Assembly: GCA_023150835.1 (NCBI GenBank)
Contig: JAKLKB010000007.1
Location: forward strand, 62,001-87,114
Direction of reading: 5' to 3'
From: Myxococcota bacterium
Lineage (GTDB): Bacteria; Myxococcota_C; UBA6777
Length of the DNA: 25,114 bases
The notes beneath the pieces were generated by a model. That model saw nothing but the letters and a program-made list of their open reading frames with translations. It searched no databases and had not been told where the DNA came from. Shown one piece after another: positions 9,422 through 18,570 of the stretch. The position numbers and the translations under genes are program-made. Positions within the stretch are counted from its first letter, which is position 1, and the number at the start of each line of letters is the position of its first letter.

Positions 9422-9540
9422 GTGGGGTTGGAACCGCACACCCCGCAAGGGAACTCCGTCCCCTTGACCCCGTATAAATGGGGCGATCAGCGTTTTTCAA
9501 ACCCACAACACCGCCGCTTGAACGTCCGCGAACACAGGGG
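9422..9540 (+). repeat. Module X copy
   Basis: GTGGGGTTGGAACCGCAC ACCCCGCAAGGG...CCCCTTGACCCCG...GCCGCTTGAACG..CGCGAACACAG. Confidence 0.85.
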
Positions 9541-9620
9541 TATTTTGCCCACAAGTCCGCCCGATCAACCATCATGCCCTTTGAGTACCCGAAAAAACCG
9601 AGGTTTTTATCGGAAAGTTT

Positions 9621-11381
9621 TTATTGTCTCTTGCGTTGGAGACGTCGTCGGATCTTTTCTGTGGCACGCTGCAACTCGGGGATACGAAACAACACCGCGA
9701 GGCAAAAGAACAATCCCCCCCCCAAGCCGATCACGCCGGTTATCCACACCAAACGCGGAACCATACCGAGCGAGCGATACGGCTCCCACCACAGCCCCAC
9801 ACACAACACCAAGGCCATCCCCGCCGACGCCAACGACACCTGCCCTGTGAGTTTCCAAAAGCCAAGCATCGGAAGTTCTCCCAATCGTCGACGCAAGGCC
9901 ACCAACGACAACACCACGCTGATCAACGCAGTTGCGGCATTTGCAAGCGTCAACCCAAAAGCCCCCCACCGAAAACCAAAAGCAAATACCCACGACAACG
10001 CGGCATTCAAAACAAACGAAACAAACGCGATCCTGACGGGAGTTCGGGTGTCTTTGAGCGCATAAAAACCGGGCGTGATGTTTCGCAACATCGCCACAAA
10101 CAACAAACCACACGCCGCTGGCGCGAAGATATGCGCGCATTGGGCCACATCATAATGCGTGAATTGCCCACGCTCAAACAGCAACGAAACGATCGGTTCG
10201 CGCAACACCAACAAGCCGATCGCTGCGGGCAAACAGACAAAGATCACACCGCGAATCCCAAAACCAAATACATCGCGAAAACCATCCCAATCGGACTTTT
10301 CCGCACGCGCCGCCAACGCAGGCAGATTCACCGTCGCAAAAGCCACCGCGATCACTCCAAGCGGCAACTCCGTGAGACGATCCGAATAATACAAGTACGT
10401 CATCGCACCCGTCGGCAAAAACGATGCAAAAGCCCGACTCACCAACAAATTCAACTGATAGATCCCCAAACCGATCAACGTCGGCCCCATCAACAACAAG
10501 ATCTCTTGGATCGCTGGGTGTTTTGGCTGCCAAGACCACCCAAACCGAATCCCCAAACGCCACCACGCCACCACCTGCAACATCCATTGTAAGATCCCCC
10601 CCACCAAAACCCCTACAGCCATCGCCGTCACCGCGATGGATTCATGAAAGATCCGATGCGCATAAAGCGCACAAGCAATCATCCCTAGATTCAACATCAC
10701 AGGCCCCAATGCAGGGGCCGCAAAATGGCCGCGTGTATGCAACAAGCCGAACCAAAAAGCCGAGACACCCGCCAAAAACAAAAATGGAAAAACGATCCGT
10801 GTCAAATAGATCGTCATCTGCAATTTTGCGCCAACAAACCCCGGCGCAAACAACTTCACCAACCAAGGCGCAGCCCACACACACAAGACCGTCACACACG
10901 CCAAGACCAACACAAACAGCGTAAAGACCGCGCTATAGGCTTTGCGCTGCTCCTCTTCCGACTTTTCCTGATAGCCTGAAAACACAGGAACAAAGGCCGT
11001 CGACAAGATGCCCTCGGCAAGCAAACGCCGCAACAAGTTCGGTAATGTAAAAGCCAGAAAAAAAGCGTCCGTTGCACGGCGATCAAACAGCGCCGCAAAG
11101 ATCATATCACGCGCCAAACCCGCCACACGCGACAACATCGTCGCCAAACCCACGATCCCCACGGATCGCCAACCTCCACCCTTCTTTGCTGTTTGGGCGT
11201 TCGCGCTCGTAGGCTGCGCCGAGAGCGGAGGCGTCTGTTCTATCCCTGACGGTGCGGCTGTTTCTATCGGACCGCTCGGATCTGTCGATGTTTCTGCGGG
11301 TGCGCTTTGTGCGGTGGGTGTTTCTGTCGATGCGCTCGAATGGATCGGTGTATCTGTTTTGGATGGGACTTCTTTGGTCAT
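9621..11381 (-). CDS. murJ: Lipid II flippase MurJ (MviN)
   Basis: TMLSRVAGLARD, AFTLPNLLRRLLAEG, YSDRLTELPLGV, LFERGQF and FYALKDTRTPV motifs. GGAG RBS upstream. About 65-aa low-complexity N-terminal extension. Confidence 0.96.
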   Translation of the reverse strand: MTKEVPSKTDTPIHSSASTETPTAQSAPAETSTDPSGPIETAAPSGIEQTPPLSAQPTSANAQTAKKGGGWRSVGIVGLATMLSRVAGLARDMIFAALFDRRATDAFFLAFTLPNLLRRLLAEGILSTAFVPVFSGYQEKSEEEQRKAYSAVFTLFVLVLACVTVLCVWAAPWLVKLFAPGFVGAKLQMTIYLTRIVFPFLFLAGVSAFWFGLLHTRGHFAAPALGPVMLNLGMIACALYAHRIFHESIAVTAMAVGVLVGGILQWMLQVVAWWRLGIRFGWSWQPKHPAIQEILLLMGPTLIGLGIYQLNLLVSRAFASFLPTGAMTYLYYSDRLTELPLGVIAVAFATVNLPALAARAEKSDWDGFRDVFGFGIRGVIFVCLPAAIGLLVLREPIVSLLFERGQFTHYDVAQCAHIFAPAACGLLFVAMLRNITPGFYALKDTRTPVRIAFVSFVLNAALSWVFAFGFRWGAFGLTLANAATALISVVLSLVALRRRLGELPMLGFWKLTGQVSLASAGMALVLCVGLWWEPYRSLGMVPRLVWITGVIGLGGGLFFCLAVLFRIPELQRATEKIRRRLQRKRQ

Positions 11382-11521
11382 GTTCTACACGCTCCTTTGG
11401 CGGTGCTTATGGCTCGCTCGTGCTTGTAGCATATCCCCCCGAAAAGGCGCAAAAAGCACACAAGTCCTCTGCCGCGATCAGGTGGGCGTGACGCCGTTGC
11501 CCCAAAAAACCACGTTCTGCG

Positions 11522-11830
11522 CTACTTGGTGATGGCGGTACACATCTTGTCTTTGCACGCGATCTTGTCGAGCACCATGCAGTCATAAGCGCAGGTTTCT
11601 TTGTAGCCCTTCAACAAAGCGCGGATAGACTCAGCATCTTTCTTGTGGACGACCACATAGCAACCAAAAGGGCACTTGCTACCGACGTTTTCACAATCTT
11701 GATCTGCCGCGCAGGTTCGGGCTTTTTCGATCTCTTGTTGGATCGCGTCTTTGCTCATCCCACACGCGGCCCCCCAAAGCATCCCTGCGATCCCACAAAC
11801 CATCCAAAGCGCCCGACGTACCGATACCAT
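11522..11830 (-). CDS. Small Cys-rich putative lipoprotein (102 aa)
   Basis: ATG at 11830 preceded by GGGAGG. Basic N-region, hydrophobic stretch, lipobox-like GAA-C. Eight further Cys (CAADQDC, CPFGC, CAYDC, CKDKMC). Confidence 0.75.
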   Translation of the reverse strand: MVSVRRALWMVCGIAGMLWGAACGMSKDAIQQEIEKARTCAADQDCENVGSKCPFGCYVVVHKKDAESIRALLKGYKETCAYDCMVLDKIACKDKMCTAITK

Positions 11831-11846
11831 GCAACACCTCCCTTGT

Positions 11847-13496
11847 TCACGAAGGGCTGACTTGGCTTTTCTGTTGCAAAGCCCCCGTGTGTCCGCCTTG
11901 TTGGGACGCTCGCACAAGCTCTGCATAAAAGTCCCTCAAGCCCTTGCCAAAAAGCTCGATCACGACCTTCTTTCGACGCACAAATCGCGCCCCAAACCGC
12001 TCCGTCAACGAGATATCCCGCAAAGCTTCTAAGGCTTCTTTTCCTGCCTTCGCTCCTTCTAGCGCCGCTGTGATCCGCCCGATCCCTGCCAAACAGCCAA
12101 ACCATTCTTCCAACTCCAGATCCGAGACCTGCGCAGGCAAGATCTGCGTCCCTCGCTGATACAACAACAGCGCCTCTTCCAAAGCCCCCTCTTGTTCGAG
12201 ACGCCCTCCAAGACGCCGATGGCACGAGATCAAGGTCTCCGAACAAGCACAAGCCGCGTACAGATGATGACGTGCGATCTCTTCGTCCCCCCGGTCTTGA
12301 TAGATCGCTGCTAACGCAAGATGCGAAAATGCATTGTTCGGATCTTTTTCTAGCGCATACAAGAAATACTCTTCGGCTTGCAACACCCCTTCCAGCCGCG
12401 CCGCCAACCACCCCCGAATGTGCAAGATCCGACTGTCCAAACGGCCTGCCGCCAGCACAGCATCGCAAAGAGCCGCCACTTCGGCCAAGCCGTCTTCTGT
12501 GTAAGCCGCGTCTCGCCGCCCTCGCAACAGATCCACCAACTCGTCCTCTTCGAGCAACAGCGCTTCCTCCACAGAAGACGCCGTGATCAAGATCAACAAC
12601 ATATTGGCCTCGGCAGCCCGTCCCACCTCGCCGATCCCTCGATAGTGTTGCGAAAAACGCCGCAGCGGGGCCGCCCATTGGGGATAACGGTACGGACGAA
12701 GGCGGCGGATCGCCCGAAGCACCGCTCCCACCGTCGCCTTGATCGGTGCGTCCGCTTGTTCGGGGTTGCAAGCCGCAAGAAAGTCAAAAAACACCTGTAC
12801 ACCTTCGTAATAGGCACTTTCCACAAAGATCCCTGCCGCTTCTTGGAACAAAGACAACGAGCGAAGATCCATCAGATAACGCTCTTCAAGCGCTTCGTAC
12901 AAAAGCTGCTCGATCGCATAACATCCCGTCTTTCCGAGGCTTGCAAGTTCGCGCAGAGACAGGCTCATCTCTTCAAAGCCGTATCCGGGAGCATTCAACC
13001 AAAGCTGAAAGCGCACACGCTCCATCCCATGTTCCAACGCCGCTTTTCGCTGCGTCGGACGCTCCGCCGAGGCCCACGTCGGATCTTGCCAAAACTGCCG
13101 CAACAGCTCCATACGACGGCGAATCAACGGCTGATAGTACGCAGGAGCCAACAGATCTTCCAACACAGGCAAGATCTCCACGCGGCTTTGTGAGGCCGCT
13201 GCCAGTCGAAGCGCATCATAACGCAGCGCAAGTTGCATCTCGGTGCGCAAGATGCTCTCCAAACCTTCGGCGATGTGGGTATGCTCGACCAAGAGAGATT
13301 CAAAACGAGCTTGGTGTTCTTCGCGGTTGAGTCCCGCCCCATCGGAGCGTTCGTTTAGCATCGTGCGCAGCCAGTCAAAATAAGCCGACACAAGGCCATC
13401 TTGCTCTACATTCTTGGCTTGTTTGTCGGATGCTGCGGATTCTACAGCTTTTTGTATCTGTTCTTCTGCCATGTGCGCTTTCTCGCTTTCCGTCAT
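11847..13496 (-). CDS. TPR-repeat-containing hypothetical protein
   Basis: ~550-aa helical ORF with TPR-like segments (AEEYFLYALEKDPNNAFSHLALAAIYQDRGDEEIA; GALEEALLLYQRG). Start uncertain (13499 TTG, 13496 ATG or 13472 ATG). Confidence 0.75.
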   Translation of the reverse strand: MTESEKAHMAEEQIQKAVESAASDKQAKNVEQDGLVSAYFDWLRTMLNERSDGAGLNREEHQARFESLLVEHTHIAEGLESILRTEMQLALRYDALRLAAASQSRVEILPVLEDLLAPAYYQPLIRRRMELLRQFWQDPTWASAERPTQRKAALEHGMERVRFQLWLNAPGYGFEEMSLSLRELASLGKTGCYAIEQLLYEALEERYLMDLRSLSLFQEAAGIFVESAYYEGVQVFFDFLAACNPEQADAPIKATVGAVLRAIRRLRPYRYPQWAAPLRRFSQHYRGIGEVGRAAEANMLLILITASSVEEALLLEEDELVDLLRGRRDAAYTEDGLAEVAALCDAVLAAGRLDSRILHIRGWLAARLEGVLQAEEYFLYALEKDPNNAFSHLALAAIYQDRGDEEIARHHLYAACACSETLISCHRRLGGRLEQEGALEEALLLYQRGTQILPAQVSDLELEEWFGCLAGIGRITAALEGAKAGKEALEALRDISLTERFGARFVRRKKVVIELFGKGLRDFYAELVRASQQGGHTGALQQKSQVSPS

Positions 13497-13560
13497 CAAG
13501 CCGCATCCGGCCTCAAACCGTTCCTTGACCGATCCGTTTCCGCGCAGCTTGCCAAGATCT

Positions 13561-13656
13561 GCCGCACAAAGTCAAGGCGACCCCGCCGCACAAAGCCAAG
13601 GCCACCCCCTCGCACAAAGCCAAGGCCACCCCCTCGCATAAAGTCAAGGCCGCATC
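13561..13656 (+). repeat. 24-bp tandem repeat, 4 copies, in divergent intergenic region
   Basis: Units GCCGCACAAAGTCAAGGCGACCCC, GCCGCACAAAGCCAAGGCCACCCC, CTCGCACAAAGCCAAGGCCACCCC, CTCGCATAAAGTCAAGGCCGCATC. Confidence 0.85.
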
Positions 13657-13767
13657 GCTGCACAAACACACTGCACCCACACACAAGCCGATGCGCTAGA
13701 CAGATCCGACCGCACATCCTAGGATGACGACCGCCCACAAACCCCGCACCCAAAGAAGGAAGCCGCG

Positions 13768-15126
13768 ATGACCTCCGAAACGCCCTCTCACCAACCTTGG
13801 TGGCCCCCAAAAGAACGCAGCCAGACCGTGATCACGCTCGCCCTCCCGATCATCGGGGGGATGCTCTCCCAAAATGTGATGAACCTTGTAGACACCGCGA
13901 TGGTCGGGCATTTGGGAAACAATGCCCTTGCAGGCGTTGGGATGGGCAGCTTCGCCAACTTTATGGCGAGTGCTTTCATTATGGGTGTCTCTGTGGGTGT
14001 CCAAGCGATCGCCGCACGACGGCTCGGTGAAGGCCGCGAAAGCGAAACCGCCATCGGACTCAATGGTGGACTCCTGCTTGCGCTGCTTCTTGGTATCCCG
14101 TCTGCGCTCGTGCTTTTTCTGCTGACGCCCAGCTTTTTTCCCTACTTGATCTCCGACCCTGCCGTGATCGCCATCGGCATCCCTTACTTTCAATCTCGAC
14201 TGATCGCCTTGCCCGGCGTCGGGATGAACTTCGCCTTTCGTGGTTATTGGAATGGTGTCAATCGCTCAAGTATCTACATGCGCACGATCATCGTGATCCA
14301 TGCAACCAACCTTTTCTTGAACTGGGTGCTGATCTACGGAAATCTCGGGATGCCCGCCTATGGGGCCACAGGTGCGGGTGTCGCCACCACCATCGCAACC
14401 TACATCGGCACCCTTTACTACTTTTGGCAAGGCTTCTCTTATGCCCGCCCTTCGGGCTTTTTTCGTGGCCTTCCTGACAAAGAAACCTTTCTCAACACCG
14501 TACGCTTGACCATCCCCAACGGGCTGCAACAATTCTTCTTTGCCGCCGGAATGACCGTCTTTTTCTGGATTATCGGAAAAGTCGGAACACGCGAACTCGC
14601 GGCCTCAAATGTATTGATCACTCTGATGCTTGTGGGTTTGCTGCCGTCGATCGGCTTTGGCTTGGTGACGACTTCGCTTGTGGGACAGGCCCTCGGTCGA
14701 AAAGACCCCGAAGATGCGGTGCGTTGGGGATGGGATATCGCCAAGATCGCGGGTGTGCTGCTGTTTCTCTTGTCGCTACCGGGTGTATTCTTTCCCGATC
14801 TGATGCTCAACGTCTTTCTCAAAGATCCTCTCACCCTCGAACTTGCACGCATCCCGCTCCAGCTTCTTGCCCTCACTCTTTTCATCGAAGCCGTTGGCCG
14901 GATCTTTATGCACGCCCTGCTTGGAGCGGGTGACAGTGGTCGTGTGATGCGTTACTCGATCTTTCTTCAATGGGGTATCTTTCTTCCTTGCGCCTACATC
15001 ACAGGCCCTTTGCTCGGCTTTGGGATGCTCGCGATCTGGAGCGGCCAGATCGTCTATCGCGTCGCTCTCACCGTCGTCTTCGCCGCCTTTTGGCACGATG
15101 GTTCTTGGAAAAGGATCCAGCTCTAA
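13768..15126 (+). CDS. MATE family efflux transporter
   Basis: 452 aa. LALPIIG, VDTAMVGHLG..ALAGVG, NLFLNWVLIYG.LGMPAYGATGAGVAT and LVGQALG motifs. About 12 hydrophobic segments. Confidence 0.95.
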   Translation: MTSETPSHQPWWPPKERSQTVITLALPIIGGMLSQNVMNLVDTAMVGHLGNNALAGVGMGSFANFMASAFIMGVSVGVQAIAARRLGEGRESETAIGLNGGLLLALLLGIPSALVLFLLTPSFFPYLISDPAVIAIGIPYFQSRLIALPGVGMNFAFRGYWNGVNRSSIYMRTIIVIHATNLFLNWVLIYGNLGMPAYGATGAGVATTIATYIGTLYYFWQGFSYARPSGFFRGLPDKETFLNTVRLTIPNGLQQFFFAAGMTVFFWIIGKVGTRELAASNVLITLMLVGLLPSIGFGLVTTSLVGQALGRKDPEDAVRWGWDIAKIAGVLLFLLSLPGVFFPDLMLNVFLKDPLTLELARIPLQLLALTLFIEAVGRIFMHALLGAGDSGRVMRYSIFLQWGIFLPCAYITGPLLGFGMLAIWSGQIVYRVALTVVFAAFWHDGSWKRIQL

Positions 15127-15155
15127 CAACGCGTGGTGCAGTGGGATGGTCTTTG

Positions 15156-15414
15156 GTGGGGTTGGAACTCCACGCCCCGCAAGGGACCACAGGCCCCTTG
15201 ACCCCGTTTTGGCGGGGTGATCGACGGTGTTTCTCACCAACAGCGCAGCCGCTTGAGCGTTCGCGAACACAGCTTTTTTTGGCAACTGCGTCATACGAAA
15301 TCCGCCCGTTGCGTGATCATAAAAATGTAGGGGCAGCCCCCTGTGGCTGCCCAAGCACAGGGCGTCTTCGCGCTCTCCTTCGATCACAGATCACTCAAAT
15401 ATCGTATCACTCCG
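15156..15414 (+). repeat. Composite repeat X (15156-15293) plus GTAG-REP module Y (core 15327-15352)
   Basis: Most complete copy. Y core GTAG-GGGCAGCC-ccctgt-GGCTGCCC followed by GGGCGTCT. Sits at the left edge of the AT-richer island. Confidence 0.88.
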
Positions 15415-15485
15415 ACGAAGAAAAAAGAGAACATATCTCCTTTCACGTGCCCGAGTATGAAAGGCAGGTTGCTATAAACACGGCG

Positions 15486-16175
15486 CTATTGTTCACTTGG
15501 CCTTACGATATTGAGTATATGATTCTTATAGATTTGCGGCATCAATTCCAGCACGAGTTCTTTTCCTAAAATTTCAGACTCTTGTGTGATCTCAGTAAGC
15601 AATTCGATTGTAAGGCACTCGATGGCTTGCTCGGAGATGGGTGCATAACTCAAATGCCAAGGCTCAGGATACATACCACCTCTATCGTATTTATAGGGGC
15701 GAAAGAAGCCGAACCGTTCGATATTTTCGTCCAACCAACCATGCAAAGAGTAGAAAATCCCGCTCTCTTTGACTTCTTCGGGTAACAGCTTCGGTTGATA
15801 GCCTTCAGGCATGACGGCCCCATCGATCACGTCGATCTCAGTACCCCAATGATGACGGCTACCACCCGGCAAAGCAGACCAGTTGAGGATGCAGTCGATG
15901 ATTTGAAGCTCAGACAAAGACGAATATTCGTACGGATTACCTTCGATATCATACAAAGGCTTTTTGCCGCGAAACTTCTGATTCCAGATGCGCAACTGGG
16001 TGTCGTAGTCACGAAATGAACTAAACGGCAACAGGTCAAATCCATCTTTTTGCGCTGCGATACGCATCTCTAAAAAAGCCTGCGCAGCTTCTTGATGGGC
16101 AGCAAACCTCGGCTGCTCCATCTGAACGACATGTGTTCTTTCTCGGCCTGTGATTTCGAGTTCGTTAAAGAGCAT
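15486..16175 (-). CDS. M15 family zinc metallopeptidase (D-alanyl-D-alanine carboxypeptidase, VanY-like fold)
   Basis: SSFRDYDTQ, WSALPGGSRHHWGTEID (SxHxxGxxxD) and EPWH motifs. GGAGG upstream. Confidence 0.92.
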   Translation of the reverse strand: MLFNELEITGRERTHVVQMEQPRFAAHQEAAQAFLEMRIAAQKDGFDLLPFSSFRDYDTQLRIWNQKFRGKKPLYDIEGNPYEYSSLSELQIIDCILNWSALPGGSRHHWGTEIDVIDGAVMPEGYQPKLLPEEVKESGIFYSLHGWLDENIERFGFFRPYKYDRGGMYPEPWHLSYAPISEQAIECLTIELLTEITQESEILGKELVLELMPQIYKNHILNIVRPSEQ

Positions 16176-16201
16176 ACCTTACACCTCCCACCGCTGCGCT
16201 T

Positions 16202-16513
16202 CTAACGCCGCGCCTTACGATCAATCTGAAGCGCAGCGGAAACAGCCTCCACCAACTTCGCCGCCTCAGGATCATAGACATAGTCGGTAATCGTTCCGTC
16301 CTTGATGCGATCGACGACCTCATCGATCACAAACAAAGGAACGAGGAACCATTCTTGGGGCTGCGCTGGATGACCGAAGCGGTCGTTGATGGTAATGTCC
16401 GATCGGGCTGGCGCAAGCAGCCTGTGGAATAGGCTCTCCATACGAGTGCGGTTAATTCCTGCAAGCTTGTAGATCGCTACTACTTGGACTTTTGCTAAAA
16501 GATAATGTGTTGG
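16202..16513 (-). pseudogene. 3' remnant of a YeeC-like GIY-YIG (T5orf172/MUG113) nuclease gene
   Basis: PTHYLLAKVQVVAIYKL..INRTRMESLFHRLL...DRFGHPAQPQEWFLVPLFVIDEVVDRIKDGTI matches my recollection of the YeeC C-terminus. The upstream part of the track ORF is repeat DNA. Confidence 0.75.
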
Positions 16514-16592
16514 GCGCTTGGACTTGCCAGCGAGAGCGAGCGCGAAACCTTCCCTTGCGTCGGTCTTTCCGAACAAATCGAAGCGGTGTTCT

Positions 16593-16716
16593 CCTGAAAC
16601 CTCCTGCCCTTCGGAAAGTGAACATGCTTGCCCGCGTATCTCCCCTTGCCTCCGAATTCCACGAACATTCTCACGCGATTCTTTCCTGAAACGCCCTGCC
16701 CTTCGGGGTTTGAACA
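16593..16716. repeat. Island 32-bp repeat, copies A (16593-16624) and B (16685-16716), within ~92-bp degenerate tandem units
   Basis: CCTGAAACCTCCTGCCCTTCGGAAAGTGAACA vs CCTGAAACGCCCTGCCCTTCGGGGTTTGAACA, 26/32 identical. Confidence 0.8.
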
Positions 16717-16814
16717 TCCAGCGCGAAATAGTCTTCTTGCTTCGAAACCTCCCGACTTGCCTACGCTTTGGAAGAAGTTAGCTTACGCAATAAACGAACT
16801 TACCAAAATATTGC

Positions 16815-16842
16815 TTGACATCAAAACAACTTTAATTACAAT
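16815..16842 (+). promoter_or_regulatory. Candidate sigma70 promoter
   Basis: TTGACA-N16-TACAAT pointing toward the EVE-MTase-REase operon. Confidence 0.45.
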
Positions 16843-17099
16843 GTAAAAGCTTTATTTTTTTACTAGACATTAAAAATAAAAGAAAAGGAATTTAATTTGA
16901 TTGGGTATACCTATTCTTATTGATAGTACCCATTTTTATCGTTCGACTATATCAAATTAAAGGAATTTTTCTTCTTTTTGTCGAATTATTTTTCATAATG
17001 CTTCCTTTGCTATTTGTTCATTTTTATGAGTTACTTACACCTGCTCTAAAACATACAGCAGAGCCTTTGCATTCCACGAACAATTCAAACCGAATATCG

Positions 17100-17131
17100 C
17101 TTGAAACTTCCTGCCCTTCGGAGTTTGAACA
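17100..17131. repeat. Island 32-bp repeat, copy C
   Basis: CTTGAAACTTCCTGCCCTTCGGAGTTTGAACA, 27/32 to copy A. Flanks TTCCACGAACA and TTGCCTCCG are also shared. Confidence 0.8.
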
Positions 17132-17339
17132 GATTTTTCTGCGTTGTTCTTTTTGCCTCCGCATCAATCTGGTGCTCTTGTCGTTGTTGTTTTCGTCAAT
17201 TTTCAACGTTAAGATAGCAACAAAATAATCATCTCTCAAAAAATCCTTGACAGCAGAACGGCTCTTGGTGTAAAGATGCCCGGAGAAGCTGATGTTGATT
17301 CCTTAACAAAGAACAAACAAAAATGAAGCAAGGCTCGAT

Positions 17340-17765
17340 ATGAAATTTTGGATACTTAGCACCAATCAAGACAATTTAGATATTACTTTAAAATATAAAG
17401 TTTTTGGACTTTCTTCAAAAAAAAGAGCTTCTTTTAACAAAATACAGCAAGAAGATAACGTCGCTTTTTATGTCAGCAGAAAATCAAATGAAAAAACAAG
17501 CTTTCAAATTCAAAAATTTCTTTGCTTGGCTTCAGTCAAAGAAAAGCACGAAAGTGACCAAATTTTATGGAAACAGGAAGAAGATACATTTCCTCTAAGA
17601 TTAGTTCTAGGTGAGATAAAAAAAACAGATATTTTAGCTCCTCCTCTCATTTGTGATTTTTCCGTTGTCAAAAATCCCCTTTACTGGATGTTGCCTTTCC
17701 GATCTGGTGTGACTGAGATATCACAAACAGACTGGTCTTTGTTGCTCGATGCCATGAAAGGTTGA
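17340..17765 (+). CDS. Standalone EVE-domain (PUA-like) protein
   Basis: 141 aa. MKFWI start, FG.....R..FNKIQQEDNVAFYV, W...EDTFPLR, GVTEISQTDWSLL: the pattern of DUF55/EVE proteins. Confidence 0.75.
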   Translation: MKFWILSTNQDNLDITLKYKVFGLSSKKRASFNKIQQEDNVAFYVSRKSNEKTSFQIQKFLCLASVKEKHESDQILWKQEEDTFPLRLVLGEIKKTDILAPPLICDFSVVKNPLYWMLPFRSGVTEISQTDWSLLLDAMKG

Positions 17766-17768
17766 AAC

Positions 17769-18569
17769 ATGATGAATAACTTACAAAATTTTATGAATCA
17801 AATAATTTGCGGCGATTGCCTCGATATAATGAAACAAATGCCATCCAATTCAGTGGATCTAGTTGTCACAAGTCCGCCATATAATTTAAAAAATTCAACC
17901 GGAAATGGAATGAAAGATGGCAGAGGTGGCAAATGGTCAAATGCTGCTCTTATCGAAGGTTATAGTCACTACGACGATAACCTGCCACACGAAGAATATG
18001 TCGAATGGCAAAGACAGTGCATTAATGAAATGATGAGAATTTTACATGAAGATGGAGCTATATTCTACAACCACAAATGGCGAGTTCAAGGCGGCTTATT
18101 GCAAGACCGGCATGATATTGTATCAGGTTTTCCCGTAAGACAAATTATTATTTGGAAAAGAAAAGGAGGAATAAATTTTAATAAAGGATATTTTCTTCCC
18201 ACATACGAAGTGATATATTTGATTGCAAAAAAGGGATTTGAATTAGCGCCGAAAGCAAATAGTGTTGGAGATGTTTGGGAATTCACACAAGAATTAAACA
18301 ATGAACATCCTGCTCCATTTCCGTTGGCCTTACCCGAACGGTGTATTTCATCTACTCTTGCAAAAACAATATTGGATCCCTTTTCGGGTTCTGGAACAAC
18401 TGCTCTGGCAGCCAAAAAACTGGGACGTAACTTCATCGGAATCGAAATATCACCGCTGTACTGCGAATCTTCTAAGAAAAGATTAGCTTCTGGCTCTTCC
18501 ACCTTCGAGTTGACTTCTACTGAAGAACCACAGAAGGCTCAGCTCTCTTTACTGGACATGGGAAAATGA
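17769..18569 (+). CDS. Beta-class site-specific DNA methyltransferase (N6_N4_Mtase, SPPY, probably N4-cytosine)
   Basis: IICGDCL, DLVVTSPPY, HPAPFP, ILDPFSGSGTT, GRNFIGIEI. Confidence 0.95.
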   Translation: MMNNLQNFMNQIICGDCLDIMKQMPSNSVDLVVTSPPYNLKNSTGNGMKDGRGGKWSNAALIEGYSHYDDNLPHEEYVEWQRQCINEMMRILHEDGAIFYNHKWRVQGGLLQDRHDIVSGFPVRQIIIWKRKGGINFNKGYFLPTYEVIYLIAKKGFELAPKANSVGDVWEFTQELNNEHPAPFPLALPERCISSTLAKTILDPFSGSGTTALAAKKLGRNFIGIEISPLYCESSKKRLASGSSTFELTSTEEPQKAQLSLLDMGK

Positions 18570-18570
18570 A

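Noticed and set aside
8951-9575. Small ORFs between moxR and murJ as genes or a transposase
   Set aside because: They are translations of REP and MITE DNA with no DDE or HUH motifs.
11755-12771. 338-aa alternative-frame ORF and other long shadow ORFs (e.g. 5218..6105, 7854..8747, 9624..10592, 22236..23432)
   Set aside because: They overlap well-supported genes and lack motifs; long antisense frames are expected at this GC content.
13561-13656. CRISPR array made of the 24-bp repeats
   Set aside because: Units are contiguous with no unique spacers.
15486-16175. vanY glycopeptide resistance determinant
   Set aside because: Generic M15 peptidase; no vanHAX or vanRS genes nearby.
16202-16717. 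Intact 171-aa gene
   Set aside because: The first ~68 codons run through repeat DNA; only the C-terminal part looks like protein.
16593-17131. CRISPR array made of the 32-bp repeats
   Set aside because: Copies are divergent, spacing is irregular (60 and ~380 nt), intervening sequences resemble each other, and there are no cas genes.
16920-17228. 102-aa hydrophobic ORF
   Set aside because: Hydrophobicity follows from T-rich DNA, it spans repeat C, and it has no clear RBS.
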